From Phycisphaerae bacterium (GTDB lineage: Bacteria; Planctomycetota; Phycisphaerae; UBA1845): 64,000 bases of DNA. The DNA is taken from contig CAXXGO010000001.1 of assembly GCA_963666835.2 (NCBI GenBank), forward strand, positions 608,001 through 672,000, written 5' to 3'. Below are positions 57,818-64,000 of this stretch, piece after piece. Below the pieces are notes generated by a model. The model worked only from the letters and a program-made list of their open reading frames with translations, was not told where the DNA came from and made no database searches. The first letter of the stretch is position 1; every line of letters starts with the position of its first letter. The translations under genes were made by a program, and so were the position numbers.

Positions 57818-60800
57818 ATGAATGCTGCTCTCCCGATACGTAGTTTTGCGAGACTCGGCGATGCGCTGCCGGTTCCGGAGTTGCTCGGCGTCCAGAAAGT
57901 AGCGTATGAGCGGTTCTTGCAGCAACCGGTGAATCCGCACGAGCGGGACCCGCACGGGTTGGAAGCTCTGCTGCGGGAGATGTTTCCGATCGAGAGTTAT
58001 GACGGGAACCTGTCGCTGCACTACATCAACTATGAACTGGGCAAGCCGCGCTATACGCCGGACGAATGCCGGGAGCTGAGGCTGACCTATGGAATGCCGT
58101 TTCGAGTTCGCTTGCGCCTGATCCGCAAGGACGCGGACGAGGTGTACGAGGACCTGGTGTTCCTCGGGGATATGCCGATCATGATCGGCGGCGGGGAGTT
58201 CATCATCAACGGTGCGGAGCGAGTGATTGTCTCGCAATTGCACCGTTCCCCGGGCGTGGACTTCATCAAGGACCAGACCGAGGGGGACCGGGCGCTGCAC
58301 TCGTGCCGGATCATTCCCGAGCGCGGAAGCTGGATTGAGATCGAGGTCACCAAGAAGGACGTTTTGGTGGTTCGAATAGACCAGTCGAGCAAGCTTCCCG
58401 CGACGACGTTCTTGCGGGCGATGGACCCGAAGTACTCGACCGATGAGGCCGTGGTCGGGGAATTCTACCGGACCAAGAGCGTGCGGACCTCCGGTTTGAA
58501 GCCGGAGATGTACGTGGTTTCTTCGGTGATCGACGAGGATACGGATGATGTCCTGGTGCAGGCCGGGTGCCAGGTCGGTGACGCCGTGGAACGGATTCAG
58601 AGCATGTCGCTCAAGAGTCTTCGGGTCATCAGCGAAGCGTCCGACCCGCTGATCCTCAACACCCTGGCCGAAGATACCAGCCGGACCCACGAGGAGGCTC
58701 TGCTGAAGATCTACGGGCGCTTGCGTCCCGGAAACCCGCCGCAGTTGGAAAAGGCGAAGAAGCTCTTCAACGAGAAATTCTACGATGAGAACCGCTACCG
58801 CCTGGGCAAAGTCGGTCGGTTCCGCCTGAATCGCAAATTCGAGATTAGCGGCGATGACGGCGAGATGACACTTACTGTCAAGGACATGGTCAACTGCCTC
58901 AAGTACTTGCTGAAGCTGCGCACCGGCGAGGCGGCCTTCGTGGTGGATGACATTGACCATCTGGGGAACCGGCGGTTGCGGACGCTCGACGAATTGTGCG
59001 CCGACGAAATGCGCAAGGGGTTCCTCAAGCTCCGGCGCACGGTGCAGGAGCGGATGAGCATGCGCGACCCGGACCAGCTTGGTCGGGTTGCCGAGCTGAT
59101 CAACAGCAAGTCCATCAGTTCAGCGATCGAGTTGTTCTTCGGGCGCGGAGAGCTCTCTCAAGTGGTCGATCAGACCAACCCGCTGTCGCAATTGACGCAC
59201 GAACGCCGCTTGTCTGCTCTGGGACCGGGCGGGCTGAACCGCAAGCGGGCGGGGTTCGAGGTGCGTGACGTGCATATCAGCCACTACGGGCGGATTTGTC
59301 CGATTGAGACGCCGGAAGGTACTAACATCGGCCTGATTGCTTCGCTGAGCATCTACAGCAAGGTGGATGACTACGGTTTTCTAATTACGCCGTACCGCGA
59401 GGTTGGCAAGGACGGCGTGCTCGGAAACCCGCGTTACTTGCGGGCGGATGAGGAGATGCGCGAAGTGCTTGGGCCTCCCGAGGTCGTGGATCCGGAGGGG
59501 AACCGGTTGCACGAAGGGATGCTGATCGTGCGTCGACATGGGGAGTTGGGGCAAGTGGATCGCGACCAGGTGACCTACGTCGACATCTCTCCCAAGCAGA
59601 CGATCGGGGTGTCGGCCGCCCTCATTCCGTTCCTCGAGCATGATGACGCCAACCGCGCCTTGATGGGATCGAACATGCAGCGTCAGGCGGTGCCGCTTCT
59701 GAAGGCGGAGCCGCCGCTGGTCGCGACGGGGATGGAACGCAACGTAGCGGCCAGCAGTGGAATGGTCGTTCGGGCCAAGACGTCGGGGAAAGTGACGTAT
59801 GTTGATGCCGGGCGCATCGTAATCGACAACACGGAGGAGCACATCCTCCGCAAGTTCCAGGGCCTCAACGAGCGTACCTGCATGAATCAGACTCCGCTGG
59901 TCCGGCCGGGTCAGCGGGTGCGGGCCGACGACATTATTGCGGATGGGCCCGCGACGGTGAACGGGGAATTAGCGCTCGGCAAGAACCTCCTCGTCGCCTT
60001 TATGACTTTCGACGGACACAACTTCGAGGACGCGATTATCCTCAGTGAACGGCTCGTTCGCGAGGATGGGCTGACCAGTATTCACATTGATGAGTACGAC
60101 ATCGAGGTTCGTGACACGAAGCTCGGACGCGAGGAGTTCACCGCGGACATCCCCAATGTGTCGGAACGAGCCCTCGCCAACCTGACGGAGACCGGGGTCG
60201 TACGGGTTGGGACGCGGGTGCAACAGGGTGACATCCTGGTAGGTAAGGTCAGCCCGAAATCCAAGAGCGAACTGAGTCCTGAAGAGAAGCTGCTGCACGC
60301 GATCTTCGGCCGGGCCGGGGAGGACGTGAAGAACGACTCGCTGGAATTGCCCACCGGCGAGGAAGGAATCGTGATCGGCACGAAGCACTTCAGCCGGCGC
60401 GTGCATATGACTGACGAGCAGAAGCTCGAGCTGGAACGAGAGATTGAAGAGTACGAAGCCGGCGAGAATGCCAAGATCATCGCTTGTTTCAAGCAGATGT
60501 GTGCGGAGATTGAGGCGATCATGGAATCTCCCATGATCGACCCGACGACGCGGCAGATGGTCGGGCACAGCAGCCTGGACGAGGTGATCTTGGAGCAAAT
60601 CGCCGACTTCACCGAGCATGTGCGAGCTCGGGACCTCAAGTGGGTCAAGCCGGCCGCGAAGCGCGAGGATTGCCTGGAAGTGACCGATCGTTTCTGGCCG
60701 CGCGTGGAGGAACTGATCGAGGAACGGGATCGACGTTCGGCTCAGATGAAACGGGGGGATGAGCTTCCCTCGGGCGTGCTCGAGATGGTCAAGGTTTACG

Positions 60801-61591
60801 TCGCCACCAAGCGGCAGATCTCGGTGGGTGACAAGATGGCCGGGCGGCACGGGAACAAGGGCGTAATCTCCAAGATCATGCCGCAAGAAGATATGCCCTT
60901 CATGGACGACGGGACCCCGGTTGACATCCTGTTGAACCCATTGGGCGTGCCGTCGCGTATGAATGTGGGGCAGATTCTCGAAACGCATCTGGGCTGGGCC
61001 GCCAAGGTGCTGGGCTTCCAGGCGGTAACCCCGGTTTTCGACGGTGCTTCGGAGCGGGAGATTCATGCGGCGCTGGACGAAGCAAACGCGAGTGTGCGGG
61101 AGCGCTCGGTGGAACCGAACGCTGTTGCCCGGGCGGCCTTGGATGATCTGCGGCTTTCCGAGCTGCCCATGGGAGGCAAGGTTCGGTTGCGCGATGGTCG
61201 GACGGGTGAGCACTTCGATCAGCCGGTTACCGTCGGCTGTATCTACATGCTGAAATTGCACCACCTTGTGGACGACAAGATTCACGCTCGGGCAACGGGG
61301 CCGTACAGCCTGATCACCCAGCAACCGCTCGGCGGTAAGGCCCGCACCGGTGGGCAACGTTTCGGTGAGATGGAAGTGTGGGGGCTCGAGGCTTACGGTG
61401 CGGCCCACGTGCTTCAGGAGCTTCTGACCGTCAAGAGCGACGATGTGGAAGGTCGGACCAAGATCTATGAGACGATGGTCAAAGGCAAGAACTCGTTGGA
61501 GGCGGGCACCCCGGTCTCCTTCGATGTGCTCTGCAACGAGATTAGAGGGCTTTGTCTGAACATCCACTTGGAGAAGCGGCGGGTCGGCTAG
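57818..61591 (+). CDS. rpoB: RNA polymerase beta subunit
   Basis: [39 protein letters not shown]. Confidence 0.99.
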   Translation: MNAALPIRSFARLGDALPVPELLGVQKVAYERFLQQPVNPHERDPHGLEALLREMFPIESYDGNLSLHYINYELGKPRYTPDECRELRLTYGMPFRVRLRLIRKDADEVYEDLVFLGDMPIMIGGGEFIINGAERVIVSQLHRSPGVDFIKDQTEGDRALHSCRIIPERGSWIEIEVTKKDVLVVRIDQSSKLPATTFLRAMDPKYSTDEAVVGEFYRTKSVRTSGLKPEMYVVSSVIDEDTDDVLVQAGCQVGDAVERIQSMSLKSLRVISEASDPLILNTLAEDTSRTHEEALLKIYGRLRPGNPPQLEKAKKLFNEKFYDENRYRLGKVGRFRLNRKFEISGDDGEMTLTVKDMVNCLKYLLKLRTGEAAFVVDDIDHLGNRRLRTLDELCADEMRKGFLKLRRTVQERMSMRDPDQLGRVAELINSKSISSAIELFFGRGELSQVVDQTNPLSQLTHERRLSALGPGGLNRKRAGFEVRDVHISHYGRICPIETPEGTNIGLIASLSIYSKVDDYGFLITPYREVGKDGVLGNPRYLRADEEMREVLGPPEVVDPEGNRLHEGMLIVRRHGELGQVDRDQVTYVDISPKQTIGVSAALIPFLEHDDANRALMGSNMQRQAVPLLKAEPPLVATGMERNVAASSGMVVRAKTSGKVTYVDAGRIVIDNTEEHILRKFQGLNERTCMNQTPLVRPGQRVRADDIIADGPATVNGELALGKNLLVAFMTFDGHNFEDAIILSERLVREDGLTSIHIDEYDIEVRDTKLGREEFTADIPNVSERALANLTETGVVRVGTRVQQGDILVGKVSPKSKSELSPEEKLLHAIFGRAGEDVKNDSLELPTGEEGIVIGTKHFSRRVHMTDEQKLELEREIEEYEAGENAKIIACFKQMCAEIEAIMESPMIDPTTRQMVGHSSLDEVILEQIADFTEHVRARDLKWVKPAAKREDCLEVTDRFWPRVEELIEERDRRSAQMKRGDELPSGVLEMVKVYVATKRQISVGDKMAGRHGNKGVISKIMPQEDMPFMDDGTPVDILLNPLGVPSRMNVGQILETHLGWAAKVLGFQAVTPVFDGASEREIHAALDEANASVRERSVEPNAVARAALDDLRLSELPMGGKVRLRDGRTGEHFDQPVTVGCIYMLKLHHLVDDKIHARATGPYSLITQQPLGGKARTGGQRFGEMEVWGLEAYGAAHVLQELLTVKSDDVEGRTKIYETMVKGKNSLEAGTPVSFDVLCNEIRGLCLNIHLEKRRVG

Positions 61592-61665
61592 CCGACCGCG
61601 GCGCCGCTTGGGGATGGCGGACCCCGGTGGGCGTTTGAGTGGCATTGCGATCAAGGGCGGCGATA

Positions 61666-62163
61666 GTGTTCGACGACGTACAGTTTGAGACGATGACGAA
61701 ACCGGACCCGGCGGAGTTGCTGGCGTTCTACGAACGGCAGCGACATCCGACGACGCACGATGCCGGGAAGCTGCAGCGGATGTTGGATAATACGCTGTGC
61801 TTCGTGGCGGCGCGGCGGGAAGGTGAGCTGATCGGTCTGGCCCGCGGAGTCACGGACGGAGTGTTGGGCCGTCTGGCGGAGTGCAAACTGGACCCGGCTT
61901 ATCAGGGTCCGGCCTGTGTCACTCGCACGGACGGAAGGATCGAGCATGATTCGGCCGGCATTGCGCGGCAGATGGCGATTCTGGTTATCAAGGCCTTGCG
62001 GGATTACGGCGTGGAACGCGTTGCGGTTCTGGCGTACGGTACGGAAGAGGATTTTTGCGAAGAGCTGGGCTTCAAGAAGGTTCATGGGGTGGTGGCGATG
62101 GAGTTGGCCTCGGAGATGCCGTTGCCCGATCAGGGAGCGGCGGATTCAGAGACGCCCGCGTGA
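61666..62163 (+). CDS. GNAT-fold acetyltransferase-like protein between rpoB and rpoC
   Basis: FVAARREGELIGLARGVTDG, LDPAYQG, FCEELGF. Confidence 0.75.
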   Translation: MFDDVQFETMTKPDPAELLAFYERQRHPTTHDAGKLQRMLDNTLCFVAARREGELIGLARGVTDGVLGRLAECKLDPAYQGPACVTRTDGRIEHDSAGIARQMAILVIKALRDYGVERVAVLAYGTEEDFCEELGFKKVHGVVAMELASEMPLPDQGAADSETPA

Positions 62164-62232
62164 CGTTGCGGCTCCGGTCGCCACTACGAACATTCTGGCA
62201 GTCTGTCGGTTCGGTAAAGGGATGCATCGCAT

Positions 62233-64000
62233 ATGTTGGATAGCATTTACGACCGTGTAAACGACTTCACTCGCGTCCATATCTCGTTGGCTTCCCCCAA
62301 CGACATACGGAGCTGGTCTTTCGGTGAAGTCAAGAAGCCGGAGACCATCAACTACCGGACGTATCGTCCGGAGAAGGACGGCCTCTTCTGCGAACGGATC
62401 TTCGGTCCGGAGCGCGACTGGGAGTGTGCATGCGGTAAGTTCAAAGGGACCAAGCACAAGGGGATCATCTGCGATCGTTGCGGGGTGAAGGTCACCCACT
62501 CGCGCGTGCGGCGCAAGCGAATGGGGCACATCAACCTGGCGGCCCCGGTGGTGCATATTTGGTTCTTCAAGTCGATGCCCTCGCGATTGGGGGCGTTGTT
62601 GGACGTCAAAACCGCCAGCCTTGAAAAGGTCGTCTACTTCCAGGACTACATTGTGGTGGATCCCGGCGATACCCCGCTCAAAGAGCGGCAGTTGCTGACG
62701 GAGGAGGAGTTCAGGGCGGCCCAAGGCGACTACGGTAGCTCCTTCACGGCGATGATGGGGGCCGAGGCGATCAAGGACCTGTTGGAACGCCTGGACCTGG
62801 AGCAGATGTCGGCCGGGCTTCGAGAGGAACTCTCCAAGACCGGCAGCAAGCAACGCGAAAAGGATCTCGCCAAGCGGCTCAAGATCGTCGAAGCACTGCG
62901 CTCCTCGCCGAACGACTCGTCGTGGATGGTTCTCGATGTGATTCCGGTGATTCCGCCGGATTTGCGGCCTTTGGTGCTGCTCGACAGCGGGAATTTCGCC
63001 ACAAGCGATTTGAACGATCTGTACCGCCGGATCATCAACCGCAACAGCCGGTTGAAGAAACTGGTGGATCTGAATGCTCCGGAAGTGATCATTCAGAACG
63101 AGAAGCGGATGCTGCAGCAGGCGGTCGATGCGTTGTTCGACAACGGCCGCTGCCGCCGGCCGGTGCTGGGATCGAGCAATCGTCCGCTGAAGTCCATGAC
63201 GGACATGATTAAGGGGAAGCAAGGGCGCTTCCGCGAGAACCTGCTGGGCAAGCGGGTGGACTACTCGGCCCGGTCGGTGGTTGTGGTGGGACCGGAGCTG
63301 AAGCTGCATCAGTGCGGCCTGCCCAAGAAGATTGCTCTGGAGCTCTTCCAGCCGTTTATCATCCGCAAGTTGAAGGAGCGCGGTCTAGCCGACACGATCA
63401 AGTCGGCCAAGAAGATGTTGGAGCGCCGCGATCAGGCCATTTGGGACATCCTGGAGGAGGTCATCTACCAACATCCGGTGCTGTTGAACCGTGCGCCGAC
63501 GCTGCACCGGATGGGTATCCAGGCCTTCGAGCCGGTGTTGGTTGAAGGTAACGCGATCAAGATTCACCCGCTGGTCTGTCGCGGGTTCAATGCGGACTTC
63601 GACGGCGACCAGATGGCGGTACACTTGCCGTTGTCGATCGAGGCTCAGGTGGAAGCGCACGTGTTGATGATGTCGACGAACAACATCTTCAGCCCGGCCA
63701 ACGGCAGTCCGATTATGTCGCCCACACAGGACATCGTGATGGGAGTCTTCTACGTGACGGCGGATCACGTCAGCCCGAAAGTCGAGGAGAAAGACATACC
63801 GCGGTTCGCCAATGCGTACGAAGCGTTGATGGCCTACGATCTGAAACGCATCGGGATTCATGATTGGATTATCCTGCGCGTTGACCGCAAGCGGTTGGTG
63901 TCCAAGTCCGGCGGTGAGAACGAGCCGATGCCGGCCAACGGACGTATCAAGACTACGGTTGGTCGGATCATCTTCAACGACATCCTGCCTCCTGAGATGC
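62233..64000 (+). CDS. rpoC: RNA polymerase beta' subunit (5' part, runs off the window)
   Basis: [16 protein letters not shown], zinc-binding Cys cluster, NADFDGD near 63590. Confidence 0.99.
   Translation, partial: MLDSIYDRVNDFTRVHISLASPNDIRSWSFGEVKKPETINYRTYRPEKDGLFCERIFGPERDWECACGKFKGTKHKGIICDRCGVKVTHSRVRRKRMGHINLAAPVVHIWFFKSMPSRLGALLDVKTASLEKVVYFQDYIVVDPGDTPLKERQLLTEEEFRAAQGDYGSSFTAMMGAEAIKDLLERLDLEQMSAGLREELSKTGSKQREKDLAKRLKIVEALRSSPNDSSWMVLDVIPVIPPDLRPLVLLDSGNFATSDLNDLYRRIINRNSRLKKLVDLNAPEVIIQNEKRMLQQAVDALFDNGRCRRPVLGSSNRPLKSMTDMIKGKQGRFRENLLGKRVDYSARSVVVVGPELKLHQCGLPKKIALELFQPFIIRKLKERGLADTIKSAKKMLERRDQAIWDILEEVIYQHPVLLNRAPTLHRMGIQAFEPVLVEGNAIKIHPLVCRGFNADFDGDQMAVHLPLSIEAQVEAHVLMMSTNNIFSPANGSPIMSPTQDIVMGVFYVTADHVSPKVEEKDIPRFANAYEALMAYDLKRIGIHDWIILRVDRKRLVSKSGGENEPMPANGRIKTTVGRIIFNDILPPEM

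Noticed and set aside
59969..63861. Long antisense ORFs opposite rpoB/rpoC (and similar ones opposite uvrA and the recombinase)
   Set aside because: Shadow ORFs expected from high-GC codon bias; no motifs

Overview
High-GC bacterial DNA, very likely from a planctomycete of class Phycisphaerae (inferred from the EF-Tu insertion, an STK-linked ECF sigma factor, DCNxNG/dockerin-type secreted proteins and an extended UvrA). Positions ~1-36.5 kb are an accessory, island-like region. It holds a MoxR/CobS-like AAA+ ATPase with a metallopeptidase-VWA partner and a RAMA-like protein, a large serine recombinase with ParB and a winged-helix gene, TrmO, two unrelated AbiE toxin-antitoxin pairs, and a GAF/degenerate-kinase gene with two stand-alone receivers. 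It also holds a KAP NTPase running into relics of a diversity-generating retroelement, an ECF sigma-Ser/Thr kinase pair, and three large secreted proteins, one of them a signal-peptide-bearing phage tail-fibre-like protein next to a GGFW-module/PA14/beta-helix giant. Positions ~36.7-51.7 kb are housekeeping-type genes interrupted by three composite REP arrays, a RAYT transposase pseudogene and a REP-bracketed cargo block. Positions 52.1-64 kb are the core tRNA-Thr-tuf-rpmG-tRNA-Trp-secE-nusG-rplKAJL-rpoB-(GNAT)-rpoC cluster. All family calls come from recognising motifs by eye; no searches were run.
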